This document shows positions 8,721 through 18,707 of a DNA stretch of 47,207 nucleotides, piece by piece (position 1 is the first letter of the stretch; each line of letters begins with the position of its first letter). The stretch comes from Flavobacteriales bacterium. GTDB lineage: Bacteria > Bacteroidota > Bacteroidia > Flavobacteriales_D > CAJJDF01. A program made the position numbers and the translations under genes. The stretch covers positions 1-47,207 of the forward strand of contig JALRIS010000141.1 in the NCBI GenBank assembly GCA_023255335.1, written 5' to 3'. The notes under the pieces are model-generated. The model ran no database searches and was not told the origin of the DNA. It worked only from the letters and a program-made list of their open reading frames with translations.

Positions 8721-9749
8721 TTATATTTTCATCCTAGGATTAGCCGTTACATCCTGGCCTACAAAGTTTTTGTTTAGAAAATGGTAGTAACCCGCGATTG
8801 CAATCATTCCTGCGTTGTCTGTGCAGTATTGAAATTCTGGGATAAACGTTTCCCATCTTTTCTTTTTTCCCAATTTTTGGAGCTCACTTCTCAAATGGCT
8901 ATTGGCTGAAACACCTCCGGCAATCGCAATTTGATTTATCCCTTCGTCATCAGCTAGTTTTTTTAGTTTTGAAAACAAGGTTTTAATAATGGTGTCTTGA
9001 ATAGAGGCACAAATATCCGCCTTATTCTTTTCTACAAAATCAGGATCATCTCGTTCGCAATTTCGAATAAAGTTTAAAAATTGAGTTTTCAGACCACTAA
9101 AACTAAAATTGTACTGCGTAGTTCTGGGATGAGTAAAATGAAATCGAGTCGCATCTCCTTCTTTGGCGTATTTATCTATCAAAGGACCACCCGGATAAGG
9201 GAAATGTAATACTTTCGCTATTTTATCAAATGCCTCACCTGCCGCATCATCTAGTGTCTCGCCCAATACTTCCATCTCAAAATAATCTGTAACTTTTACC
9301 AATTGAGTGTGACCGCCAGACACTGTGAGGCAAATAAACGGAAACTGGGGCATTGGTTTGTCTTCTCCAGGTTTCTGAATAAAATGAGCTAAAATATGCC
9401 CCTGCATATGATTCACTTGAATGAGAGGAATACCCAAACTAAGCGCCAGTGACTTGGCAAAAGAAACGCCTACCAACAACGCTCCCATCAATCCGGGACC
9501 TGCGGTAAAAGCGATTCCTGTTAATTCTTCTTTGGTTACTCCTGCCTCTTTGAGTGCGGCCTCTACTACAGGAATTATATTTTGCTGATGAGCCCGCGAA
9601 GCCAATTCGGGCACTACTCCCCCATATTGCTTATGGATGGATTGACGAGCGATAAGGTTGGACAATATTCGTCCATCTTTGATGATGGCCGCAGACGTGT
9701 CATCGCATGAGGATTCTATCCCCAAAATTATCCCTTTTCTTTCACTCAT
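8721..9749 (-). CDS. tsaD: tRNA N6-adenosine threonylcarbamoyltransferase
   Basis: The ORF is 8721..9812 with a TTG start. I prefer the ATG at 9749 (MSERKGIILGIESSCDDTS...). HMQGH metal site and Kae1/Gcp-family layout. Confidence 0.92.
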   Translation of the reverse strand: MSERKGIILGIESSCDDTSAAIIKDGRILSNLIARQSIHKQYGGVVPELASRAHQQNIIPVVEAALKEAGVTKEELTGIAFTAGPGLMGALLVGVSFAKSLALSLGIPLIQVNHMQGHILAHFIQKPGEDKPMPQFPFICLTVSGGHTQLVKVTDYFEMEVLGETLDDAAGEAFDKIAKVLHFPYPGGPLIDKYAKEGDATRFHFTHPRTTQYNFSFSGLKTQFLNFIRNCERDDPDFVEKNKADICASIQDTIIKTLFSKLKKLADDEGINQIAIAGGVSANSHLRSELQKLGKKKRWETFIPEFQYCTDNAGMIAIAGYYHFLNKNFVGQDVTANPRMKI

Positions 9750-9938
9750 TCTATTCAGTATTAACTTTCCCCTATCAGTAAGTATGACACAATCCAGAGA
9801 GGAAACGCCCAAAATTAATTAATTTAGCTAACTTAAACCTCGTAAGGCTTAATTTTTGTACTACACCAGTAAACACACACCATCAAAAACACAGTAAAAA
9901 TAGCGACCCATTCGTGCTTATTTCTTCTTGAAATTGCA

Positions 9939-12900
9939 TTGGTTTTGATACTGCTTAGTTTTATGGCGGTTCGGTTCAATTCTGTTCAAACTAGCTTGGC
10001 AAAATATGCCACAGAAAGACTGTCTCGAGACCTCAATACTCACATTCACATTGGTAAAGTATCGATTACTCCTATAAAATCAATCGAATTACTCGATTTC
10101 TACGTTCTGGATCAAGAAAACGACACGGTAATACAAACGAATAGCGTTTCTATCTTGGCAAAAAACATTAACCTCAAAAAAAACAGAATAGAAATCTCCT
10201 CCTTGCGTTTAGATGAGGCCAACATTCAATTAATAAAGAGAAAAGGAAAAAGTGGATTTAGCTTTCAATTTATTCTTGATTATTTTGATTCAGGAGCACA
10301 ATCAGAGCGTAACAATTCTAATTTTCTTGTTGGAATTCAGTCAATTGAATTATCAAACAGTCGCTTTCGATTCAAAGATTACAGAACTTCAGCCTCGTAT
10401 TACGGAATGGACTTTGCTGATCTCGATGCCAAACCTATCAACCTTACTTTTTCTAATTTTCGCAACAAAGGGAGTAATATACAAGTCGATATTGAACACT
10501 TGTCTACTGTTGAGAAAAGCAAATTTGACCTAAGAAACCTGACCGGTAAAGTAGAAATTGACTCCAACTTTGTACACATAAACAATCTAGAAATAACTAC
10601 CGCCAACTCGCACATATCCACTGAGTATTTTAGATTTGAGTTTAATCAACGTTCCTACTTTGAAGATGATTTTGAGAACAAAGTCACCATGAAAACTTCT
10701 TTTGCAAAGACCCGATTGAACCTAGCAGATTTAGCCTTTTTTACTTCTTTTTTTGAAGGGATTGACAAGGAAGTGCTGTTAACTGGCGAATTTAACGGAA
10801 CTGTTGCAGATTTTAAAACACGGAATCTTGTTATTCAAATAGACAAACAAACAAAATTCAGCGGAAACCTCGCCATGAAGGGTCTTCCATACACAGAAAA
10901 TACAACCTTTGATTTGTTTATACGAGAACTAAAAACGACAGAACGTGAATTAAACAACCTGGATATTCCGCCATTTAACAAAAAGCAAAAATTACAGTTA
11001 CCTCCTGAAATAAGCGGTATTGGGAACATGAATTTGGCGGGAACCATGAAAGGTAAATTTGATGATTTTGTGAGCGCGTTAGAATGTCAAACCTCTCAGG
11101 GTAAAATAGCTCTTAATGCACGATATTGGCACCAAAACAAAACCGATTACCTAAAAGGAACTCTGTTTACTGACAAGTTGAACATGGGCCCAATTGCCAA
11201 AAATCCTGACCTTGCCGAAGTAGATGCTCACTTAGAAACAGAACTCTCCTGGAATTCTCGTACGGGCATCAACCTTGTTGCAAAAGGTGAACTACCTCAA
11301 CTTACCTACAAAGGTCACTCTTACAAAAATATAAAAATTGACGGAGCCTTCACCGAAAAATCTTTTGATGGAAAAGCCTCGATAAAAGATGCTTATGGAG
11401 AAGCGAACTTCTTAGGATTCGTAAACTTCGAATCACAGATTCCTGAATTTGATTTTCAGTCGAACATTACGCAAATGAATCTAAGCAAGTTGAATATCTT
11501 GAAAGATAGTAATCAGCATATTGTCTCGGGAGATATTCGATTAAAAGGACAAGGCTCCTCGATAGATAATTCAACAGGGGTTGCCAAAATCAGCAACCTC
11601 ATTTATCAACAAAACGAAAAAACATACCGAAACAAGGAAATAAAAGTAACCTCTTCCAAAAAGGAAAACAACCAAGAACTTAAGCTCCTGTCGGATGTGG
11701 CTGATGGCTCCATCAAGGGACAATTCTCGCTTTCGCAACTAGGAACCATTGCCGACATAATTGGTCAGCAAGTTGTACCCGCACTTTATGCTTCCAAAGA
11801 TTCGGTCAGGCTCACCAATCAATCGTTTGATTTCAATTTACTCATTAAGGACTACTCCCCTATTCAAGAGTTATTTACTCCTGATCTGGAGATATCAAAC
11901 AACACAAAAGCGATAGGAAGCTTCGATTCTTCTTCCGAAAAATTCAGGCTTTCCCTAAGTGCTGATTCGATAAGTTATCTTTCTAATACTTTTTATGGAA
12001 TTGAAGGAGTTTTAGACAAACCAACAGAAGCACTAGACCTTACTATTGATGTTTCTACCTTCACAGCTGGAAATGATTTTTCTCTTGAAAATTTAGTTCT
12101 CAGTTCTTTAATACGACAGAACCACATCACCCCCTCAATAGAATGGAAATCTTTAGACGGAGAGAGCTATGGAAAAATTCAAGGAGATGGATATTGGTAT
12201 ACCGAAGAGTATTTTGATATGCTGATTCTCCCCTCTTCTTTCCATTTCAAAAACAGAGACTGGAAGATAAAAGAAGATGCCACCGTAATTGTGGACTCCT
12301 CGAACTTCAATTTTAATGGATTGGTGGTTACCAACAACCTCAATGAAGGGGTTTCTGTAGTTGGAAACATTTCAGAAAATCCCAAAGACGTACTCAAGAT
12401 ATATTTAGACAATTTCAATGTAAAATACTTGAACCCCTTTATTGGAAGCCCAACCACCAAATACAAAGGGAATATCAATGGAAGTGCTTGCATTACCAAT
12501 GTGTACGAAAACATTGAAATCATTTCAGATTTCTTCATTGATTCCCTTCAAGTAAATAAGGAGTTAATTGGTGACCTTGTGTTCAATACCGATTGGATTG
12601 AAGAAACAAAGGCAATGAACATTAAAGGTGAACTGTTGAGAAATGACCTAAACACTTTTGATTTTATGGGATATTTTTATCCGTTTAGAAAAAAACAGTC
12701 TTTAGATTTTAAGTGCATCCTCCAGAACACTAACCTTGCTTTTCTTAATCCGTATTTGGACGGTCAAGGGATTTCCGGGATAAACGGAAAGGCAAAAGGA
12801 AAAATATCTGTTACGGGAGAACCAGAAGCCCCGTTACTTGAAGGAGAAATATCACTACTTCGAACCGGTTTTAATGTCAATTACCTGAATACTCACTACG

Positions 12901-14405
12901 ATTTTTCTGGGCTAATGATCATTGAGAATAATGATATTTACACCGATAATATTATTGAAATAAGAGACGAAGAAAACAACCTAGCTTTTTTTAACGGAGC
13001 TATTATTCATGATAATTTCACTGATTTCAACTTCAACATTTTTATAGAAATACCCACCTCGGTTTATAGAAAAGGCACCCAAACCGAACTAATTTCTTTT
13101 GAAGGCTCCAAAAAAGTAGACAATAAGTTCATTGGTCTAAACACCAACATGGAGCTGAATGACGATTTTTACGGAAAAGTATATGCAACAGGAGGAATAA
13201 ACGTGGAAGGATACCAAGATGAAATTGACATCACGGTGAATGCCAAAACAGAAAAAGGAACAAGTTTTACTCTTCCGCTCTACGGAAGCTCAGATGTAAC
13301 GATGGCCGACTTTGTGGTATTCAACACCCAAGACAATTCCAAAAAGGAGGAAGAAATTGTAAATTTAGAAGGAATTAATCTTGATATAAATGTGGAGGTA
13401 ACTCCTGAAGCCAATCTCCAATTAATATTTGACGAAGTGTATGGAGATATAATTTCGGGTACGGGATACGGTAATCTGTCGATGACCGTGGACAAACAAG
13501 ACCAATTTAATATGGCTGGTAAGTACACCATCGAAAAAGGAGACTATTTGTTTACTCTGGGCTTAGAGAGATTTGAAAATCTTATAAATAAGAAGTTCGA
13601 AATTGCCAACGGGAGTACTATCAATTGGTATGGAGATCCTTATAATGCCGAAATAGACATTAATGCCATATACAAATTGAAAGCTTCGATGTATGAAATC
13701 ATGCCTCAGCTAACCAATAATATTAATAAGTATAAAACTCGATCAGACATAGAAGTGGTGATGAAGCTAACCGAAAACTTACTGAGTCCCAACATAGATT
13801 TCTTGATTGAGGTTCCTCGCGCAGATGAAACTGAACGAGCGGTGATTGCTAATCTCATGCAAACCAAACAAGAATTGAACAAACAAGTTTTTGCTCTCCT
13901 ACTTCTCAATCGCTTTCTACCCTCTCAAAACTCGAACAATCAAAACGGTATCGAAACGTCAGGAGCAGTTGGGACTACTGCATCAGAACTTCTCTCCAAT
14001 CAGCTGAGCAACTGGATGTCGAAGCTTAGCAACAATGTTGATGTTGGCTTCAATTACAGGCCGGGTGACGACATAACGAGTGATGAAATTGCCGTAGCAC
14101 TTTCTACTGAGTTGTTAAACGAACGATTGGTTATTAGCTCAAATTTTGGCATGGCTCAAGGAAATGAAATTAATCAGAATGAAAATGCTTTGATAGGAGA
14201 CGTTAATGTAGAGTATAAACTGAACGAGGACGGAACCTTCAGGGTTCGAGTATTTACACGAACGAACGACTACGACATCACCAATGCTAATCAAGCTCAA
14301 ACAACCAGTGGTGTGGGAGTATATTACAAGAAAGAATTTAATACCTGGAAAGAGTTTATCACCAGAAAAAAGAAACTAAAGGAGAGAGAAAGACAAGAGC
14401 CCTAA
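9939..14405 (+). CDS. tamB: Translocation/assembly module protein TamB (DUF490-type C-terminus)
   Basis: 1488-aa ORF, divergent from tsaD as is usual in Bacteroidota. Repetitive beta-rich sequence with a C-terminal TamB-like segment (...GDVNVEYKLNEDGTFRVRVFTRTNDYD...). The start is TTG at 9939, and no ATG exists in the open frame upstream. Confidence 0.85.
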   Translation: MVLILLSFMAVRFNSVQTSLAKYATERLSRDLNTHIHIGKVSITPIKSIELLDFYVLDQENDTVIQTNSVSILAKNINLKKNRIEISSLRLDEANIQLIKRKGKSGFSFQFILDYFDSGAQSERNNSNFLVGIQSIELSNSRFRFKDYRTSASYYGMDFADLDAKPINLTFSNFRNKGSNIQVDIEHLSTVEKSKFDLRNLTGKVEIDSNFVHINNLEITTANSHISTEYFRFEFNQRSYFEDDFENKVTMKTSFAKTRLNLADLAFFTSFFEGIDKEVLLTGEFNGTVADFKTRNLVIQIDKQTKFSGNLAMKGLPYTENTTFDLFIRELKTTERELNNLDIPPFNKKQKLQLPPEISGIGNMNLAGTMKGKFDDFVSALECQTSQGKIALNARYWHQNKTDYLKGTLFTDKLNMGPIAKNPDLAEVDAHLETELSWNSRTGINLVAKGELPQLTYKGHSYKNIKIDGAFTEKSFDGKASIKDAYGEANFLGFVNFESQIPEFDFQSNITQMNLSKLNILKDSNQHIVSGDIRLKGQGSSIDNSTGVAKISNLIYQQNEKTYRNKEIKVTSSKKENNQELKLLSDVADGSIKGQFSLSQLGTIADIIGQQVVPALYASKDSVRLTNQSFDFNLLIKDYSPIQELFTPDLEISNNTKAIGSFDSSSEKFRLSLSADSISYLSNTFYGIEGVLDKPTEALDLTIDVSTFTAGNDFSLENLVLSSLIRQNHITPSIEWKSLDGESYGKIQGDGYWYTEEYFDMLILPSSFHFKNRDWKIKEDATVIVDSSNFNFNGLVVTNNLNEGVSVVGNISENPKDVLKIYLDNFNVKYLNPFIGSPTTKYKGNINGSACITNVYENIEIISDFFIDSLQVNKELIGDLVFNTDWIEETKAMNIKGELLRNDLNTFDFMGYFYPFRKKQSLDFKCILQNTNLAFLNPYLDGQGISGINGKAKGKISVTGEPEAPLLEGEISLLRTGFNVNYLNTHYDFSGLMIIENNDIYTDNIIEIRDEENNLAFFNGAIIHDNFTDFNFNIFIEIPTSVYRKGTQTELISFEGSKKVDNKFIGLNTNMELNDDFYGKVYATGGINVEGYQDEIDITVNAKTEKGTSFTLPLYGSSDVTMADFVVFNTQDNSKKEEEIVNLEGINLDINVEVTPEANLQLIFDEVYGDIISGTGYGNLSMTVDKQDQFNMAGKYTIEKGDYLFTLGLERFENLINKKFEIANGSTINWYGDPYNAEIDINAIYKLKASMYEIMPQLTNNINKYKTRSDIEVVMKLTENLLSPNIDFLIEVPRADETERAVIANLMQTKQELNKQVFALLLLNRFLPSQNSNNQNGIETSGAVGTTASELLSNQLSNWMSKLSNNVDVGFNYRPGDDITSDEIAVALSTELLNERLVISSNFGMAQGNEINQNENALIGDVNVEYKLNEDGTFRVRVFTRTNDYDITNANQAQTTSGVGVYYKKEFNTWKEFITRKKKLKERERQEP

Positions 14406-14443
14406 AGACTGTTTGCATTTCTCTTCGTACAAAATCAACTACT

Positions 14444-14932
14444 ATGAATCACTCTTACTTACTTTTGTTTTCACTTGTTTGTGCCTTAACGATATCTTGC
14501 AAAAAAAGAGGCTGCACAGACTGCAACGCAATTAACTTTGTGCCCTCCGCCAACACTAACGACAACTCTTGCTTGTACAACAATGAAGAACACTTAGGCT
14601 GGTACCAAGTAGTAGACTCCATTCTAGAGCCACCTTCCATGGAATGGAACAAAGATACTTTTGACCTACGAATTACTCGTGCCAATTGCGAACCAAACCA
14701 CCTCACTATTTCCAATTATGGCAACCTAAATAATCGATTCTTAGGGTACACATTCCAGGTAGAATGTTTTGTGTCGGATTCTTCTATTACCGTTCTTGCT
14801 CAAAATGTTGATACAAAACAAGTGAGAATCACAAACGGAGTTTTCCGTGCCGATTCAATATTTTTTGATGTAGAATACAGCAACGAATTTGGAGAAGTGT
14901 TTTTGGGAAAAACTTTCGGAGTAAAGAAATAA
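14444..14932 (+). CDS. Hypothetical lipoprotein
   Basis: 162-aa ORF with a signal peptide and lipobox (LTISC). An N-terminal GCTDCNAINFVPSANTNDNSC motif is followed by a beta-rich domain. Confidence 0.65.
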   Translation: MNHSYLLLFSLVCALTISCKKRGCTDCNAINFVPSANTNDNSCLYNNEEHLGWYQVVDSILEPPSMEWNKDTFDLRITRANCEPNHLTISNYGNLNNRFLGYTFQVECFVSDSSITVLAQNVDTKQVRITNGVFRADSIFFDVEYSNEFGEVFLGKTFGVKK

Positions 14933-14940
14933 CTTGCCAA

Positions 14941-15687
14941 TTATTTTTTGGCTCTCACAGCTTCGTACATTACAATTCCAGCAGCAACTGCCACATTCAT
15001 TGAAGAGATGTCACCCGTCATTGGGATTCTTCCTATAAACTGAGACCTATTTATTAGTTCGTTGGAAATTCCTGTTTCCTCATTCCCCATCAAAATTCCT
15101 ACAGGACCTTCGTACGAATAATCATAAATAGAATTCTCTGCTTTTTCTGTACAAGCAACAATATTAATTCCCGATTCAACCATGTAATCTACTGTCTTTT
15201 TTAGCGAATCTACACGACAAACCGGCAAAGTCATCAGAGCACCGGCCGAAGTCTTAACCGCATCGGAGGTAACGGTTGCCCCTCCTTTGGCTGGAATGAT
15301 AATCCCGTTGAACCCCAAACATTCGGCAGTTCGGGCTATAGCACCAAAATTCCGTACGTCTGTAACTCCATCCAAAACAATAAACTTTGGCTCCTTTCCT
15401 TCTTCATACAAACGAGGTATCAAATCCTCTACTTGATGATACGTAACAGGCGAAACAAAGGCAATAACCCCTTGATGATTTTTCCTTGTGATTGAGTTCA
15501 GTTTCTGAACCGGAACCAATTGAAGATTTACCATTGAGTGCTTCAACAATCCTCTCAACTCATGAAATGTATTGCCTTGAAGGCCTTTTTGAATTAAGAT
15601 TTTATTGATTTCTTGACCGCTTTTTATCGCTTCCATTACTGGATGAAGACCAAAAATAATGTCTTTGTTAAGTTTTTTTTCGTACAC
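14941..15687 (-). CDS. rlmB: 23S rRNA (guanosine-2'-O)-methyltransferase, SpoU/TrmH family
   Basis: 248-aa ORF with a GTG start. SpoU substrate-binding N-domain plus the methylase motifs LDGVTDVRNFGAIARTAE, LMGNEETGIS and IPMTGDISSMNVAVAAGI. Confidence 0.88.
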   Translation of the reverse strand: MYEKKLNKDIIFGLHPVMEAIKSGQEINKILIQKGLQGNTFHELRGLLKHSMVNLQLVPVQKLNSITRKNHQGVIAFVSPVTYHQVEDLIPRLYEEGKEPKFIVLDGVTDVRNFGAIARTAECLGFNGIIIPAKGGATVTSDAVKTSAGALMTLPVCRVDSLKKTVDYMVESGINIVACTEKAENSIYDYSYEGPVGILMGNEETGISNELINRSQFIGRIPMTGDISSMNVAVAAGIVMYEAVRAKK

Positions 15688-15689
15688 GT

Positions 15690-16976
15690 TTAATTAAAAT
15701 TATACACTCTGCCTTGCCTCCAGCTTTCGCAAGCTCTGTACCAATAATCTCGGTAGGTTCGGTAGCGGGTTAGTTGATAATCGTTTCTTACTCGCTCTTC
15801 GTTCTCTAGACTAAAGCTAAAAGTAAGTGACATCATCATATTATGGGGAGTCCCGTATACCCAGGTTTCTCCTCTTCTTGTTTTATAAATAGTATTGGGA
15901 AGTCCCATCACGATGGAAAGCATTCCTCTGTCTGTTTTCCAGCCTTCTTTGTAGGAGGTAAAAAATTTATTGGCTTGCTCTACTCGTGAATAATACTCAT
16001 GAATAACCATTCTCGCTCTTTCTTTCGAGCCGGCCATTTTTAGCCACAAAGATTCCACCGCTTTTCTTTTGTCTGTGGCATTCACCAATGCCTGATATTC
16101 TTTGGTAGAACAAATATATTTCATTGGTTCAATCATCCCCAAATAGGATTCTAGACCATCAAAATTGGGGTCAAACTTTTGAAGAATCACGCTGTAAGTA
16201 GATGAATCTGCCTGACGCAGATAGTAACTGCCCAATTTGCCCAAGGTGATAACAGAATGGTTATCTGTCATATTCACTGTGTATCCCGAATCCCGAACGG
16301 AAGCAATTTCTATCTTCTGATTTGAGGAAAAGGGGGGCAGCGAAGGCGGAAAATCGGTGTTAAAATAATCGATGCGGTACTCGTGGTTTCTATTAAATTG
16401 AGAGAGCACTTCTACGTTGGATTCTTGGGTAAAATACGTATCAAAATAAATCCTTTTAGTTTCTGGATTTCGAAATAAAAAGAACTGCTCCGACTGCTGG
16501 TTATTCTTATCAATTTCTATGACCAATTGGTTTCTCACTTTTTTGTTCACATCTCGAGTTTCTACCTTTAAAAAAGCAGTTTTTCCCATAGGCAAATGGA
16601 ACGGAACCCTCGCCAGTATCGTTTTTGGCTCATTACTGGTTTTGTAATCATACAAATGTCGTGTAGCGCTATCTAGCAGCAACTTCCCTTTATCATCTTG
16701 AAACAATTGATATTTCACTGTGATCTCCGCCTCAAATGGTTTTGAACTATTTTCTCTTACGTACAATAAATTGTTGGTATGAAACTCCAAATACAAATAA
16801 GAAGTATCCTCTTTTTCGTGATACACTACGTAACTAGGATTAAGATCCTTGATCCGAGTATCATACTCATAATCACTTTCGTCATTAGCCAGTTTTCCCG
16901 AACTACAATTCACCAAAAATCCAATCGAAGCGCAAAAAGCAACGATTCTCAGTTTATATGAATTGATTCCTCTCAT
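15690..16976 (-). CDS. GWxTD domain-containing lipoprotein
   Basis: 428-aa ORF with a signal peptide and lipobox (LVNCSS). C-terminal EGWKTDRGMLSIVMGLP matches the GWxTD signature. Confidence 0.8.
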   Translation of the reverse strand: MRGINSYKLRIVAFCASIGFLVNCSSGKLANDESDYEYDTRIKDLNPSYVVYHEKEDTSYLYLEFHTNNLLYVRENSSKPFEAEITVKYQLFQDDKGKLLLDSATRHLYDYKTSNEPKTILARVPFHLPMGKTAFLKVETRDVNKKVRNQLVIEIDKNNQQSEQFFLFRNPETKRIYFDTYFTQESNVEVLSQFNRNHEYRIDYFNTDFPPSLPPFSSNQKIEIASVRDSGYTVNMTDNHSVITLGKLGSYYLRQADSSTYSVILQKFDPNFDGLESYLGMIEPMKYICSTKEYQALVNATDKRKAVESLWLKMAGSKERARMVIHEYYSRVEQANKFFTSYKEGWKTDRGMLSIVMGLPNTIYKTRRGETWVYGTPHNMMMSLTFSFSLENEERVRNDYQLTRYRTYRDYWYRACESWRQGRVYNFN

Positions 16977-18328
16977 TCTTCCAGAAATTTTTGCGGGATT
17001 TGTTTGCTTGTGCTCACCCCTAATTCTTTTATTTTTTCTGTCCTTCGCACCAAATTTCCTTTTCCCGTTTGCAGTTTGTTTAATGCTCCTTGATAAGCAG
17101 ATTCTGCCTGCGACAAGCCTCTCTCAATTTTTTCCATGTCTTCCAAGAAACCGACAAATTTGTCGTACAATGCCCCTGCCTGACTTGCAATTTCTAACGT
17201 ATTTCTGTTTTGCTTTTCTTGCTTCCAAATGGAGGCTATTGTTTTGATCGTGGCAAGTAAAGTTGTAGGACTTACAATCACAATATTTCGAGTAATTGCG
17301 TACTCATACAACTCTTTGTCATTCTGAATTGCCAAACTGAATGAAGCTTCTATTGGCATGAATAACAGAACAAAATCTGGAGAATCTAATTTTGATCCAG
17401 TTTGATAGTTTTTTTCGCTCAAAAACTTAATGTGATTTTTTACCGATATCAAATGTTCTTTCAGTGCAGAAGCCTTCGATTCCTCCGACTCGGGTGAAAT
17501 ATATTTGTTATAAGCCACCAAAGAAACCTTGGAATCTACCACAATGTGCTTACTATCTGGGAGTTGGATAATGTAATCGGGTCTCACAGTTTTGCCTGCT
17601 TCATTGGTTGTAGTAAACTGCTTAGAATATTCTTCGCCCTCTGTGAGCCCTGAGTCGGATAATATTTTCTCCAAAATCATTTCTCCCCAATTCCCTTGTG
17701 CCTTGTTATCATAGGTAAGTGCCTTGGTAAGGTTTTGAGCATCTTTACTCAAGGTTTGATTTAGTTCAGAAAGTTGAATAATCTGCGACTTCAATTCGGT
17801 TCTTTCCGCCAAACCTTTTTCGTAAGTAGATTGAACTTTTTCTTCAAAACTCTTTAATTTTTCATTCAGAGGAGTAAGCACAGTATCGATATTCTCCTTG
17901 TTCTGGGCCGTAAATTTTATTGATTTTTCCTCGAGAATTTTGTTTGCAATATTCTCGAATTCGGTGGTAAATTTTTTCTGCAAATCTTGCATTTCTGCCT
18001 TTTGATCTGTCAACTTCTCCTCCAAATTAGTGAGGTTGGTGGTTGTTACGGACAATTCGTCCCTCAGGTTTTTATTTTCTCCCTTGAGCTCTCCTATTTC
18101 CTCTTTTTGTTGGTTAAAATAGCGGGCTGCATCTTCCAACCGAACTTCTAGCATGGCTTTTTCCTTATCCAAAGCCACCGAACGAGAAGTGAGGTTTTCA
18201 TTCTCCGCTTCCAAGTCCAAAACTTGTTGTTGAATACTTGCGGGCAACTTATTTTTTTTCAATGCATTGAGCAGAAAAACTACAAGTGCACCAATAACTA
18301 ATCCTACCAGAAGGGAAATAATGTCCAT
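16973..18328 (-). CDS. rmuC: DNA recombination protein RmuC
   Basis: 451-aa ORF. N-terminal TM helix, long coiled coil, and a C-terminal RmuC nuclease-like region (RPDYIIQLPDSKHIVVDSK...LLFMPIE). Its stop overlaps the GWxTD start (ATGA). Confidence 0.88.
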   Translation of the reverse strand: MDIISLLVGLVIGALVVFLLNALKKNKLPASIQQQVLDLEAENENLTSRSVALDKEKAMLEVRLEDAARYFNQQKEEIGELKGENKNLRDELSVTTTNLTNLEEKLTDQKAEMQDLQKKFTTEFENIANKILEEKSIKFTAQNKENIDTVLTPLNEKLKSFEEKVQSTYEKGLAERTELKSQIIQLSELNQTLSKDAQNLTKALTYDNKAQGNWGEMILEKILSDSGLTEGEEYSKQFTTTNEAGKTVRPDYIIQLPDSKHIVVDSKVSLVAYNKYISPESEESKASALKEHLISVKNHIKFLSEKNYQTGSKLDSPDFVLLFMPIEASFSLAIQNDKELYEYAITRNIVIVSPTTLLATIKTIASIWKQEKQNRNTLEIASQAGALYDKFVGFLEDMEKIERGLSQAESAYQGALNKLQTGKGNLVRRTEKIKELGVSTSKQIPQKFLEE

Positions 18329-18341
18329 TTTTACTACTTAA

Positions 18342-18620
18342 TTAATACCAGTTCTCGGCTGTAAATTCTTGTTTTTTACCTTTATTCTTCCCCGTCAAAT
18401 CCTTCCAAAAAGGTTTCATTTTCCCTTTTAGCACGATAAACACAAACGCACCTAATAACAGATACGGAACAATCAAAATGTATTCAATTCCAGCGTTCAA
18501 TCCCCCGCCAATATTTGGGTTACTTTCTGCTGTTGCTTTGCACATAGCACATTGAGCGTTTGCTGCAATATGACTGAACATCAACATAACTAGTAAGGTT
18601 ATTCTTGATAGGTATTTCAT
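18342..18620 (-). CDS. Small bitopic membrane protein with CAMC (CxxC) motif
   Basis: The ORF is 18342..18650 with a TTG start. I prefer the ATG at 18620 (MKYLSRI...). Signal peptide ending ANAQ, then CAMCKATAES, one C-terminal TM helix and a basic tail. It ends 13 nt upstream of rmuC. Confidence 0.6.
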   Translation of the reverse strand: MKYLSRITLLVMLMFSHIAANAQCAMCKATAESNPNIGGGLNAGIEYILIVPYLLLGAFVFIVLKGKMKPFWKDLTGKNKGKKQEFTAENWY

Positions 18621-18707
18621 AACAGATATATTACTATTAATTCTTATCAAAGGTACAAAAGCCTAACTTAAAATTGCGGGAAAAATGCCCCTACTTTTTA
18701 ATTCTGT

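Noticed and set aside
8721-9812. N-terminal extensions from TTG or upstream starts in the ORF track (tsaD to 9812, rocD to 1599, grpE from 6866, pyrE from 40916, rpe to 29710, AGCS to 37507, 18650, 19352)
   Set aside because: In each case an internal ATG yields the N-terminus typical of the family. In addition, the grpE TTG lies inside the upstream terminator.
12179-12538. 119-aa minus-strand ORF inside tamB. The same reasoning applies to 29753..30097, 42037..42345, 42355..42633, 43692..43997 and the short ORFs inside 25809..28367.
   Set aside because: All are antisense or alternative-frame ORFs nested in strongly supported genes. None has family-like motifs.
16963-17247. 94-aa plus-strand ORF
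   Set aside because: It is antisense to the rmuC 3' region, hydrophobic by mirror composition, and has no support.
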